NCBI RefSeq assembly: GCF_006345805.1
Contig: NW_021834788.1
Span: 7,739-71,738 of the forward strand
Source: Octopus sinensis
Lineage: Eukaryota
Length of the DNA stretch: 64,000 bases
Reading direction: 5' to 3'
Positions within the stretch are counted from its first letter, which is position 1. Each line of letters opens with the position of its first letter. Of this stretch, positions 28,021 to 41,760 are shown in pieces. Under the pieces are notes generated by a model. It did no database searches and was not told where the DNA came from. It worked only from the letters and a program-made list of their open reading frames with translations. The translations under genes and the position numbers were made by a program.

Positions 28021-28385
28021 GGCGCAGGAGTGGCTGTGTGGTAAGTAGCTTGTTTACCAACCACATGGTTCCGGGTTCAGTCCCACTGCGTGGCACCTTG
28101 GGCAAGTGTCTTCTACTTTAGCCTCGGGCCGACCAAAGCCTTGTGAGTGGATTTGGTAGACGGAAACTGAAAGAAGCCCGTCGTATGTATGTATATATAT
28201 GTGTGCGTGTGTGTGTTTGTGTGTCTGTGTTTGTCCCCGTTACTTAGCGGTTCGGCAAAAGAGACCGATAGAATAAGTACTGGGCTTACAAAAGAATAAG
28301 CCCCGGGGTCGAGTTGCTCGATTAAAGGCGGTGCTCCAGCATGGCCGCAGTCAAATGACTGAAACTAATAAAAGAGTAAAAGAGT
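28021..28385 (+). mobile_element. tRNA-derived SINE, family A
   Basis: Full head with A/B-box-like motifs, body and (AAAGAGT) tail. Confidence 0.88.
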
Positions 28386-28427
28386 AATGCAAACACACTT
28401 ACATACACTAACATATATATATATATA

Positions 28428-28835
28428 TAAATGCTTAGCAGCATTTCGTCCGTCTTTATATTCTGTGTTCAAGTATCACCGAGGCCGACTTAGCGTTACA
28501 TTTTTCCTGGATCGATGAAATAAGTACCAGTTGAGCACTGAGTTAGATTTTATCGATTGATCTCCTTCTCGGCAATTGCTTTAATTTAAATTTATTGATT
28601 CGAATATTTGAGGCCGGCGAACTGACAGGATCTTTAAGCACGTTGGACATAATGCTGAGTGACGTTTCTTTCGAATCTTTACGTTGAGAGTAAATATTTC
28701 GCTGGGGTCAGTTTTGCTTTGCATCCTTTCGGGATCGATGTAGTAAGTACCAGCTGAGCACTGGAACTGATGTAATACATTAGCCATCTCAAAATTTTAC
28801 CCCACAATTTAGGCCTTGCGCTTATAGAAGAAAAG
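28428..28835 (+). mobile_element. two diverged SINE family C copies
   Basis: Motifs ATGCTTAGC...CCGAGG...AAGTACCAG...GCACTG occur at ~28430-28580 and 28613-28835. Confidence 0.65.
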
Positions 28836-28883
28836 GGCTAATATGAATATGAAAGCCTAAACACGCACACACACACATTATAT

Positions 28884-29060
28884 GCTGGCGTTGAAAGGTG
28901 GTAAGAAGTTTGCTTCCAAGCCACACGGTTCAGTGTCCACACCCACTGCGTTGCACTTACGCAAGTGTCTTCTACTTTAAACCCAGGTCGATCAAAAACC
29001 TGGTGAATGAATTTGGTAAATAGAAACTGAAACAAGCCCATCGTATATGTGTGTGTATGC

Positions 29061-29133
<73 letters not shown>

Positions 29134-29331
29134 TATATCATCGTACTTGCGTTTGTCCTCCACTATCGGTGTTGGTTTGTTTATGAACCTATAAAATAGC
29201 AGTTCAGTAAACGAAACCGAGAGAATTAGTACCAAACTGAGAAAGGTAACTAATGGGGTCTATTTCTACGACTAAACCTTTGAAGACAGTATTCCAGCAT
29301 GGCCCTAGTCCAATCTGTTAAAAGTAAAAGA
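28884..29331 (+). mobile_element. diverged SINE family A
   Basis: GTGGTAAGAAG...CAAGTGTCTTCTAC...AACTGAAACAAGCCCATCG...CCAGCATGGCC. Confidence 0.75.
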
Positions 29332-29398
29332 TGAAAGGTAAAAGATACGTATGTATGAATGTATATACACACGTATTTGCATATACATACATTCACAC

Positions 29399-29439
<41 letters not shown>

Positions 29440-30092
29440 TATATAATAATATAAATAATATAATATATATATATATACATGCATACATACATAACACACA
29501 CCTACTAAACACACCTACTCACACACACAAAGACATATAATTGAATGTATACATATACAAATATATACATATATGCATAAACACACATACGTATATATGT
29601 ATGTATGTATTTATGTATGCATCTATGTATTATGTGAATATCTGTGCCTCCGCGTGTGTGAGCATATGTCTGCGTATATTATAAAATGGTGAAACCGCCT
29701 TGGCCTTTAAGGAGTAGGCGATGAGAGAAGAACTGCCTCTGTGTTTGTGTCTTGTTAGAGTTTTACTTATTGACTATGCTCAATGTTCCTTCTATAGCCC
29801 TACAGATATACACATGTATATGTATACACGTAAGCATGTGTTCATGTAAATATACACACACACACGAGAAGTTAGATAATTTATGTATATCTAAAGTATG
29901 TGCATATTTAAACATATGATAGCGTTTGTGTAGATAGGTGTTTGTAAAAAACAGGTGTTAAACATCAAGAAACATGTTTGCAATCACGTGTAAACATCTT
30001 AGAAACTAGCGCACAATTTTCTAGAATATTTGCAGAACAGAAACGTGTACGGATAATTTGGCTTACGTATACGAATAGAATCAGTTCAGCGA

Positions 30093-30132
<40 letters not shown>

Positions 30133-30272
30133 GTATATATGTTTATGTATATATATATATGTATATATGTATATATATATGTGTATATATATATATATAT
30201 GTATATATGTGTATATATATATATATATTTATGTATATATATATTATATATGTATATATATATATATATGTA

Positions 30273-30313
<41 letters not shown>

Positions 30314-30510
30314 GTATATATATATAATATATATATGTATATATATATATATATATATGTTTATGTATATGTATATATATATGTTTATGGATATATATAG
30401 ATATGTTTATGTATATATATTATATATATGTATATATGTTTATGTATATATACTTTTTTTTATTTGTTTCAGTCATTTGACTGTGGCCATGCTGGAGCAC
30501 CGCCTTTAGC

Positions 30511-30568
<58 letters not shown>

Positions 30569-31615
30569 CTATGATGTTCGGAAATTGAATATTGAGAAAA
30601 AAGTTGTCAGAATTTTGGAAAAAAGTCTATTTATTTCTTCATTTTCGTTCGTTTCTCGAACTTGTCAAATAAAATTTTGTGAATGTACAAACAGCCTATT
30701 CATATATATATATAAAAGATGATTGGGGGAGATGTTTAGAAGAGAACACTATTTTTGTTTTTTGGGGTGAGGTTCCATGACAATGCAGATGGACAGATAG
30801 AAATGTACTTAGGTAGATGGGCTGATAGATAGAGATGAGAGAGAGAGAGAGAGAGAGATGGGCGATCCCCCCTTCCTATTCACCATTCATTTATACACTC
30901 ATTTGTTTAGTTATTTACCATTATATTGGAATTGGTTTAAGGATGATGACCTCTTCAAAAAAAAATACAGGTCTATTGGCATCATTGAAAGTCTTTTTAC
31001 TTTCTTTCTCTCTTTCCCTTTCCTTTCATTCTTTTTTCCCCCCTCTTTCCTTCTTTTTCTCCTCTTTGAGTTATATTTAGAATACAAAATGTACTGTCTC
31101 CTCTTTCAAACATTTAAATTTGAAGAGAGTATGTTAATGAAACGGACGTAGTTCTGCATGAAAAAACATCATTACAATATTTGCAAATTAAAATTTTTTA
31201 AATTAAATAAATAAAATAAAATACGAAATATATATACATATACTCATATACGTATAAAGCTAAAGCTTCCCAATGCTACATATATATATATCTGAACATT
31301 TGTAGAGACGAACCTCATTTGGAATAAAAAATGCAAATTATCCACTTTACCTTCAAACATTCAATTTTCGAGAGAATCCCTTGATGAAGTGTGTGTGTAT
31401 GTATGTGTGTGAGTGCGTGTGTGTGTGCGTCTCTGTGTGCGTGTGCATGTGTGTGTGTTTAGGAACATGTCCATATTTATACTGTGTAACTTCGATCACG
31501 CCTCCTTCAATTTCATATTTTTGCATTAGGGAACATTAGTATAACACTTACAAACTAGAAGAACACGCAACGCTCAGAACATCTCAATGCCACACATATA
31601 CATCTGAATATTTAC

Positions 31616-31736
<121 letters not shown>

Positions 31737-31737
31737 T

Positions 31738-31966
31738 ATCTGTAAATATAATGTGTGACAATTATTCGGTAGCCATGATAAAACATCGAGTTTCGGATGC
31801 CGGGACGGAAATACACGCCGACATCTCTTCAGTTATCGCCCTGACATCCGAAACTCGGAGTTTTATCATGGCTACCGAATAATTGTCACATATTTTATTT
31901 ACAGATAAATTCCTCTATTTACATAATATCGAGTTCTCTTTCATTCTTTTTGTTGTCTTACCATTT
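31738..31966 (+). mobile_element. fold-back hammerhead element, family P3 (palindrome 31738-31906 plus ~60-bp tail)
   Basis: ~70-bp inverted arms with microsatellite flanks; the second arm starts inside HHR stem II. Confidence 0.75.
31777..31837 (-). ncRNA. type I hammerhead ribozyme
   Basis: Reverse complement GATAA-CTGAAGA-GATGTCGG...CCGGCATC-C-GAAA-CTCGATG-TT-TTATC; 5-bp stem I, 8-bp stem II. Confidence 0.65.
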
Positions 31967-32530
31967 ATATCAATAATAAATAAATATATATATATATTAT
32001 ATATATATATATATTATATACATGCATATGTGTGAGTGTGTGTACATATTTGATTAGATTTATGCACATAGCCGTAGGTATTATCATAAATCGCGTCTTT
32101 CCATGTATTATTTATATGTCATTATGTATGTTTGCGTATCTGTGCATAGATTCTTACGTGTATTGTGAATATATTTATGTTGTGACATTGACATACTTGA
32201 TTTCAAGTAGAATTTCTTGAATTCTCCTCGTAAAGTCACAAACAATACGTTTCTTGTGAAGATAACTCTGTGTAAACTTGACAGGAAGCATTCAATCATT
32301 GATAAAATTACATTATTTATATATTTCTTTCTTCATTTATGCTTGAAGCGCAACAGGTGTGTATTAACTTCGAATAGGTTTCACTGTATTTCTGAGAGCG
32401 AGAGTTACAAGGAAGTGTGTGTAACTCATTGCAGAGCACATATCACCAATAACTTTTTTCAGAACAACAGCTGATTGTTGCTGATGGTCTCACACAACTA
32501 TACCGTCCCGCCATATATATATATATATAT

Positions 32531-32799
32531 AGGTTATAAGAGATAATGGTGTCATTGAGACCCAAAGGTGTCAGGTAATGCTGGATAAGTGTTATGGATA
32601 GACCATAGTTAAGTTCCAGGTTCGGTGATTTTGCGAATAAGGGGTTCAATGTTGGTCAATATGTCAGCGTGTGTATATAAAAAATTTTTGCGTAATGAGA
32701 TAAAAAACCAAGGCTGTGCAGATATTAGAACATTATCTATAAATGTTCTTATATCTACATGGCCTTGGTTTTTTTTTATCTCATTACGCAAAAAATTCT

Positions 32800-32805
<6 letters not shown>
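32531..32805 (-). mobile_element. fold-back element, family P4 (palindrome 32674-32805 plus tail 32531-32673); no HHR retained
   Basis: ~60-bp inverted arms around loop ATCTATA, one-sided tail, (TA)n on both sides. Confidence 0.65.
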
Positions 32806-32830
<25 letters not shown>

Positions 32831-33230
32831 CTATATAATCTCCCCTTCTTTCTACTCTCTTGTGAAACCTTGTTTTTCCCAACCAGTTGCCATGCTTGAT
32901 CACTAAATCCACAAGTCTTTTTAATTCTCTCTCCGTTTTTCTCTTATTCATTTCCGTTGAAGTGTGTGGGCTCGAAACGTATAAGGCTTTCTCACTTTCC
33001 TTCAAACTTATACACCTGCTTGTTGTTCATTGTCGTTCTAGCCTCTTTTAAACAACCACATATGATTCGTCCGAAAGAATCAACCTTTAAATAAGAGTCT
33101 TGCTTCCACTAGCGAAAGCTATACGTATCTTTCAAAAAGTTCTATACCAATTTCAGTCTATGCGGCATTCGCTATTACTTTATGCGCAGGCTATGTGGGA
33201 AGACAGAATAAAGGGGCTGGTTCGCAATAA

Positions 33231-33513
33231 TTTATACAGAAAATTCGCTCTTATAACTCTGCCTTCCGATGACAAGTTTCGGTCACAAACCCATTCATGA
33301 AAATTCCTATATGCCAACGTTCAAAATTCAGGGTCAAACCTATCATCGAATTGGCTCTATTCTTCCTGTCACCAACGCTGAACTCCGATTCCTTCAAATT
33401 TTCTTCATAGGAGACAGCAATCAGCTCGCCGATCTCAGGTAGCACATAGAAAAAAGTGGAAAAAATACCACCACAGCAACTTAAACCGTCCAAAAGGTGG
33501 GTGCGTTTGCTAG
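33231..33513 (+). mobile_element. Helitron derivative with a RepHel N-terminal fragment joined to the 3' terminus
   Basis: FIQKIRSYNSAF/MTSFGHKP...YMPTFKIQGQTYHRIGSILP...RFLQIFFIGD (33231-33442) is the conserved Helitron Rep N-terminal block; it is followed by hairpin CCGTCCAAAAGGTGGG and CTAG|T at 33513. Confidence 0.85.
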
Positions 33514-33543
33514 TATATATATATATATATATGAAGAGAGAGA

Positions 33544-33579
<36 letters not shown>

Positions 33580-34103
33580 TCTAGGAATCTCTTATCCAAA
33601 ATTGGTGAGATCAAACGTGTTGCGAATCTAGAATCTTTTTCGGATTACGGTCGATATATGTATTGTATATATACACATATATATTTTTATTTATTTATTT
33701 ATCTATGCCTTCACACACATATGAACTGCATATATTCATAGATGGGTTTCCCATAGTTTTCTCTTCGACTAAATTTCATTCACCCCATATTTAGTCCACC
33801 CGAAACTATTGTTGATGCAAGTGTCCATAATGTCGCATAAGAGTATCGAACACTGAATCACATATTTGTGAAGCTAAGTTCTCTACCAAAAATTCATAAC
33901 ATTTGTAAATACGTCTAGAGACGGTTTTACAAATATAAACATGCTGTCACACACACGTAACCACACACACACACACACGCACACACATATACACACACAA
34001 ACACAAATATACACACACAAACACAAATACACATACACTCTCATACACACAAAGACAAATGTATTGAAATGCATTCACACAGACACGTACACACATCTAT
34101 CTT

Positions 34104-34155
<52 letters not shown>

Positions 34156-34240
34156 CCTACCTACCGACCTATTTATCTATCCATCTATCTATCTATACAC
34201 ACACATACATACACTCAGACACACACAGACAGACAGACAG

Positions 34241-34276
<36 letters not shown>

Positions 34277-34468
34277 GGTTCTCCATCATGACCGCAACTG
34301 CATGGCTGAAACGAGTAAAAGAGTATATATATATCTATGTATATATATATACATATATATATATATATTATATATATATATATATATATAGATATATATA
34401 TATATATAGATAGATAGATAGATACGTCAGTTTGAGTGTGTACATATTCTTCTCTGCATATATATATA

Positions 34469-34510
<42 letters not shown>

Positions 34511-35560
34511 TATACATTCTAAAAGTAGAGAAATAAGAAACAATAACAACAAAAATATTTTGTACATTAGCAGATCAGCAGCAAACATTCTTTCTATTTC
34601 AGAAAACAACAGCGTCGGCATATTTTCTTGTCTAATTTGTATTGTGCTGACGGTAGTTGAAGCATGACAAAACATTGTACATTATCTCTTGAACTTCAAG
34701 TATAGTTGTCTCGAAACATTCTTGGTTGATTTAGTTCTCTTTCTGATGGTACAAGATTACGTTTGATTTAGATTTGCTTTTTGGCACCGGTTTAGAGTAA
34801 ATAGTATTTAAATCTTATATGAATTACATAGTATAAGTCCGTTTAGTTTTTCCTTTTACTATATACGCCACAAGTAATCGACTATTCTAAATGTCTCGTA
34901 AAAAGACAGACGAAATGAATGTTAATTGTTATATATAACCATGAGTATTCTAAGGATTTCTAACATTATCTTATCTATACGCTGTCGACTATCGACAAGT
35001 TTAGATAAGATCGACACTCAAACATCGTAGGTATTCAACGAAAGGAAGGTCATATGATTGGCTGGTAAAGTCTCACTCATTATCATGTCACCGCACAGAT
35101 TTCTTAACAGATTTCTTAATGTCTGTGTCTACAGCTAATACATCATCGTCTTGTTTGAACTATAAAGTTACTTAAACAATTTGCTCTCTGTTCTTTTATA
35201 CTTCTTTCATTATTCATGCAATCTCATCTTCCAGACCCGCGTCTGAAATTTCTTCCTTGCTCACGTTAAATACCGACTATTCAAGGTGTACTTCAATAAT
35301 GAACAAATATATTCACTCTTTTCAGTAAGTTAAAAACTTCACTGGAAAATATGTTGGCCCGCTGTTTTAAATTTGAATTCGGTCAATGTTTCGGTAGCTT
35401 CTCAAACAAAAAAGCGTTTGAGAAGCTCAAATACCTGAGCTTCTGAAACAGTCCCACCAACCAGAATAGTTACAAAACTGTTTTTGAAATGATTTACATC
35501 ATACTGGCACCTGAGGTTTTGTGCATATTTCATGCCTTTAACTCCTATTGGCTTACGCTT

Positions 35561-35775
35561 TTTACTCTTTTACGCTTTTACTTTTTTCAGCCGTTTGACT
35601 GCGGCCATGCTGGAGCACCGCCTCTAGTCGAGCAAATCGACCCCAGGACTTAGTCTTTGTAAGCCTAGTACTTATTCTCTCGGTCTCTTTTGCCGAACCG
35701 CTAAGTTACCGAGACGCAAATACCACCATCGGTTGTCAAAAGATGTTGGGGGAGGGGACAAACACAGACACACAA

Positions 35776-35848
<73 letters not shown>

Positions 35849-35985
35849 TACGACGGGCTTGTTTCAGTTTCCAGTTTCCGACCCCAGCTGCTAACAGTGA
35901 ATTTCCACCCACAAGGCTTTGGTCGGCCCGAGACTATAGTAGAAGATACTTACCCAAGTATCTTGACTCCATGGCTTAAACCCGA
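35561..35985 (-). mobile_element. SINE family A, 5'-truncated
   Basis: Reverse complement of the family A body and tail. Confidence 0.8.
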
Positions 35986-36557
35986 CACTGAAAGAAGTTA
36001 GTGTCTTAAGATACGAGACCACAGATTTACTGAAAAAAATAGAATTGTCCCAAATTCATACCAATCTCAAAAAGAAATAGAGACATGAACGACTCAGTGG
36101 ATCTAGAAACTAGACATTGTACTATAGTGATCTTTATACGAAGACACCTTATAGATCTAAAATCAGTGTCAAGTAATGAAAAGAAAAAATTGCAGTGAAG
36201 CTGCGTGATAGTGGTGTTAGACGTGGCATGCAGGCCATCGCCTAACTTGTTTAACAATACATGTTTATTCTTCTCTTCTGTTTTATTTTGACATGCGCAT
36301 TGCGTTGTTATTCTACTCTTTTGTTTTACGAATTCAGTGTGCACATGAGTATTGCGTACTCATACTTCTCTTTCCGGTTCCTACTCAAAACTGTTTACAG
36401 ATCACAACCATCGCACGAACCTGCGTTCGTGAGGAGCGCTTCGCAATCCGATGATTGTAAGAAAACGGATGATCGCTCATTTTTGATCTAGCTGTTCTAT
36501 GATTACACTGAATCGCACAAAATTTTTCATTTTCTTCCCTATTTTGAAATCATATTA

Positions 36558-36897
36558 CCTCTGATGAACATGGGATTGTACCTAGAAAGTTACCCTCCGA
36601 AGCACAAGTCCGCGCAATGTTGTCTATGGAAGACCAACCGTCTCCCATGCATGCCAGTCTCCCATGCATGCCAGTCTCCCCTTTCCGTGCCACCGATGTT
36701 GTCCAAGAGAAAGGCAAAGGCTGATACAGATTGGCATTAGTGACGTCGCAACTTATTTCCTACAGTTGAGTCAACTGGAGCAAAGCGAAATAAAGAATCT
36801 TGCTCAAGAGCACAACACAACTACCCCGTCCGGGAATCAAATTCACTACTTCATGATTGTGAGCCCGACGCTCTAAATACTGAACCATGTATCTTCA
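36558..36897 (-). mobile_element. tRNA-derived SINE, family D
   Basis: Reverse complement of 57977-58285 (CTTGAGCAAG, CTCCAGTT.ACTCA.CTGTAG, GGAGGGTAACTTTCT). Confidence 0.75.
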
Positions 36898-36964
36898 TGC
36901 AATAACCTATGATTAAACTATCACTTATAATTATCTTGCAAATGGTAATGTAAATATTTGTTAA

Positions 36965-37265
36965 TTAGTTAGTCTGTCGTTGCTTATGACGACCAAGGAA
37001 CAGCAAATGGGACAAAACAGGACACGGTGTGTTTGGCTGTAGCCAACAAGTCCGATGCGCGTTCAGAAGGTTCTGCCGAAATTCGGACGTTAGTGGTTCG
37101 TCGGGACTCATGACAAGGAGTTTAGTTCAAGACTTGCGTAGTCCGCCTTCACCTGCAATCCTGTTCCGTTCATAGAGGGTCGTTCCTATATTCGTGCAGC
37201 TTCACCAGACAGGACAGTCGTGTGATTGCGTTTCTCAGATGTAGGTTTTGTCTGAAAGCTCTGGA
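36965..37265 (-). mobile_element. RTE-clade LINE 3' end
   Basis: Minus strand gives TTLYERNRIA...NFGRTF*TRIGLVGYSQTHR (degenerate terminal C2H2-like motif of RTEs) and a short 3' UTR TTGGTCGTCATAAGCAACGACAGAC. Confidence 0.65.
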
Positions 37266-37494
37266 GTAATGTACATAGTGGTAGTTGAGATGATAAATTG
37301 CAAGACTATATTATATTTATAACATCAAATTAGAAATTTTATGGGTGTCTGGCCAAAAGATGACTAGAATTCAAATTTCTTTTTCATATTTCGTTAGCCG
37401 AGTAAAGCAGTTATCCACGATATACGAAAGTCAATGCGCACACAAACACACACACACGTGTGAGTACTTCAATACATATATATATATATATATA

Positions 37495-38657
37495 CAAGGG
37501 TTGGAAAAATCATGGACTCACCTAGCATCATAGCATCATAATTTTGAAATAGCTATAAAACCGTTATTTATTATTAGTGTTGCTTCATATGTTTTGCTAA
37601 AATTGCTCCTTCTTTTTAGATCTCATCAGAAAAGGGCAATTAAATTCATTAAAATGAAAGATCTATCGGACTTTCAAAGAGGTTAAATTGTTGGTGGTCG
37701 TATGGCTGGCGCTAGCGTAACGAAAACAGCCGAAATGTTTGGTGTATCAAAAAGTACTGTCTCGAAAGTAATGACAGCTTTTGAGAAAGAGGAAAAAACC
37801 TCGTCGAAACAAAACTGCAGAAGAAGACCAAAACTTTCAGATAGGGACCGTCGGATTCTTACGCGAATTATTAGAAAGGATCACAAAAGTACAGCTCCCC
37901 AAATTACTGCAGAGCTTAATGACCACATCGAGAGCGCAATTTCCACAAAAACTGTTCCCCGGGATCTTCACGAAGTCGGATTTCACTGGAGAGCTGCAGT
38001 CAGGAAACTACTACTTTCAAAATCAAACATTGCAAAGCATTTAGAGTGGAGTAAAAACCTACAGAATTGGTCCCTAGAGCAGTGGAAGAATGTTATTTTT
38101 TCGGACGAGTCATCCTTTACCTTATTTCTGACCACCAGCCGAGTATACGCGTGGAGACAAACAAAACAAGCATTTGACCCAGACTGCCTTCTTCGAACTG
38201 TTAAACATGGAGGAGGATCTGTGATGATCAGGGGGGGGGTGCTATATCTTGGAAATCCGCCGGCCCAATGCTTTCCCTTCATGCCAGAACTAATAGTCAA
38301 GACTATGTAAGCATTTTATCTGATCAAATTCATCCTATGGTTGCGGATCTATTTCGGGAGGGAAACACAATCCTTCAGCTTGACAATGCACCAATTCATA
38401 CAGCTAAAGTTGTTACTGAATGGCACGAGTAACATTCTAGTGAAGTTGAACATCTTATTTGGCCACCACAGTCCCCGGTTCGAACATTTATGGTGCATTT
38501 TAGAAAAAACAACTATGGAGTCGATATCCTCCACCATCATCACAACAAGAACTGGAGAATGTTTTAGCTGAAGAATGGAGAAAAATTCCTTTGGAAACAA
38601 TTGTACGAGTCCATACCTCGTAGAATTCAAGCTGTAATTACTTCCAAAGGCGGTCCT
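37495..38657 (+). mobile_element. Tc1-like transposon, 3'-truncated
   Basis: TA|CAAGGGTTGGAAAAATCATGGACTCACC putative left TIR followed by a decayed transposase; no matching right TIR found. Confidence 0.85.
37654..38657 (+). pseudogene. Tc1 DD34E transposase pseudogene
   Basis: MKDLSDFQRG*IVG...HTH...WKNVIFSDESSF...TVKHGGGSVM...LDNAPIH...WPPQSP..EHLW...SIPRRIQAVITSKGGP, with stops and frameshifts. Confidence 0.92.
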
Positions 38658-40094
38658 TTGTTACTGAATCAAATGCTTCTGAATCAGTGTTCTATCCCAA
38701 GTCAAGTCAAGTCCTTATTAGTTACGTTAAAATAAATTAAAGACTCAAGATTTCTAAGGAGTCCTTTTTACAGTCAGTGTTATTTGTTTCCATGGATACT
38801 ACTAAATTTATCTAGAATATTTTCATACATGTATATTCAGAATGATACTTGTACACACATGCTCACACGTGCACATACATACACACACTTACTCACAGGC
38901 ACACACGTAAATACACATGCATACACCCACGCACACACAGGCGTGTATATGTATATTAGTACGTGTATGTATTTGAAAGTGTGTGAATCTCTAAATACAA
39001 ATGGATGTCTAATTAGAAAGAAGCATTCATCAATCTATATTTCAAGCAACCTTTCATTAAATTTCTTTTTAGTCTTATTCATTGAAGAACCATCGGTTTT
39101 CTTAATTAACAACTTTCTTATATGTTAATTTATCTTTTGATAATTTGTAACTTTTCTTTAATAACCAAATGAAAAAATAATTTAAATTGTCAATCTCTAC
39201 ATTGCATTCGCCTAATCGAAGCTATATTGAATAAAACTGTAAATTTTGTTTTGCAGTCTAACCCTTATATATAACGGAAGTTTATATACTGCAGACATAT
39301 TTCAATAGAAGTGATAATCTATTTATTACACCAGAAAAATAAAGATAGTAATTGATACTTTAGTTAGTGAAATCCGAGAAGCGATACGTTTGGAAATAAG
39401 TTGTGATCGTCATTAATAGAATGCTTGGCTCTAAGTATAACACTAACGACAACGTAGTTGGATGTAACGATCCAGTTGATTGTAGAAGAATATAATGATA
39501 ACGCAGTCGAATTTAAATTTCTAAAATCTGTACAAAGCTATGAATGTTGTAAAACTGTTAATAGTTGGCTTAATTGACCATACTGTTTGCCTAATATTTA
39601 TTTCGATTCCATATTAGCAATGAGCAAAAGCTATTTCATCCAGTTTTGAATTGAAAACCTCAATTTCTTTACCCAAACGTTACAACAAATAATATTTAAA
39701 TTCGCTTCACGCTCAAGGCATGCCATAGGAAAAACAATCATTTCTCATCAAATACAACAACTCCTTACATCCGTCACACCCCTTGTCCACTAGTCCCCAT
39801 TTCTGGTAGTTCGTCTTCTTTGTGTAAGAAATGTGTGCCCGAATTTCACCACTGTAACAATGATACCAATAAACAAGTAATAAGCGTTCAACTGTTGTTT
39901 ATCTTGATGTTCTATTATTTTCAACAGCATTGGTGATACGGAGGTAGGTGTAATAAATTCAACCAAGTAGTAAAACCGAACTGTTGACACTAAATAACTC
40001 TGTTCATTTTTTGTCGACATCGATCACAAAACATTAATAAATTGCAAATAACAAGCTTTATCCATACAATCCATTCAACTTCGTCCAATATTTC

Positions 40095-40330
40095 TGGGAG
40101 GTCGCGCGTCTAGAGATCTCAGGTACCTCTTCCATAGGATTCGATATGAAGCAACCGTTATTAACGTTCTGGTTCGATTCCCAAGCGTGACCATTTCGTT
40201 CTTGATCTACCCCTTTGTCATCTGCTGGTTGGCTCACCTTAAAGAAGACGTCAGGTGATTCCTGTGACATTCTAATCACATGTCCGTTGTACCGAAGAAT
40301 GGATCTATCCATGCAAAGATTCCCTGAACC
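40095..40330 (-). pseudogene. RTE-like LINE C-terminal fragment
   Basis: LRYNGHVIRMSQESP...RGRSRTKW resembles the RTE motif LRW.GHV.RM...RGRP...W. Confidence 0.6.
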
Positions 40331-41384
40331 ATTTACGTTCCAGAGATCCTTCGGTAGAATCCAGTTTCAGTCGCTTTTTTCGCGCTCGTACTTTTTCGGT
40401 CAATACTCAACATTCACGAATGGTAAAATAGTATTCTTTTTAAAACACATGTATATAGAGTTAATCTGGAAAGGTTGCCTATCTGTTATAGGTAACTAAA
40501 TTCCACACAGCCATTTAAATTGAGTTATGTATAATAAACTAAAACCATCTGTACATTCTTCTGAAAAGGAAAAGTATATTGTACCTTAAGTTATATTATC
40601 GACAAGTTCTGAGGTATTTTCTACTATAATGTGACATTTGCAAAATGTAGTTTGTATCAAGCATTGGTACAGAGTATCCCAAGCGTTTGATGTCATATCG
40701 TCTACGAATTCCTTGAATCTTTACAACAGGACACAGTCGCAGTGGATTTACGCTCTGTTTTCAGTGCATGCTTGCTTGCATGCTGGTGCTAATATGGCGG
40801 ATATTTATTTCTGGGAAATTGATTCTTTTCTTGGTGGATATCTCGTTTGTAAGCAATTATATTGGTGAAGATGGTATTTGTTTGATGTTGCTGGCATGAT
40901 TCCTTTTCAGACACTTGAAGAATGCTGAGACTCATAATTTAGGTAGGATGTATTAGCTGTCAGCTTTCTGTACGCAGAATATTCTGAAATACTAGAAAAC
41001 GTTTGGCTGAGAAAATAGCAAATAAATAATCTGAAGACGAAATGATATATCTATTGAACAAAAACGAATGTAGCTTTACCAGTGAACAAAGAAGTTGATT
41101 CACAAGCGTGTTGTATCAAGATGATTTGGTATGTGAAGTAGTAGCTTATTTGCTCTTCTCTTCAAGTATACTTTGTAAGGACAGTTAAGCATGAATAAGC
41201 TAGTGCCTCTTCTAAGAGAATTATTTCTCAAACCTACATTATCGCATTAGCTGGGATATTCTCCAGTTCTGTGCATTTATCTACGTCTTGGAAAAGACAT
41301 TGCATGCTTATATGCATTTACAATTTAACCACCTGTCTATGTATCTGCCAAAACCACCAGCCTTTCTCTCTCTCTTTCCCTGAT

Positions 41385-41760
<376 letters not shown>

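Noticed and set aside
32950-32990. GTTGAAG...GCTCGAAACGTA motif resembling the 20695 HHR
   Set aside because: The core CTGANGA and stem II are not intact.
36561-36600. CTGATGA...GAAA
   Set aside because: Lies in a SINE D tail with no supporting stems.
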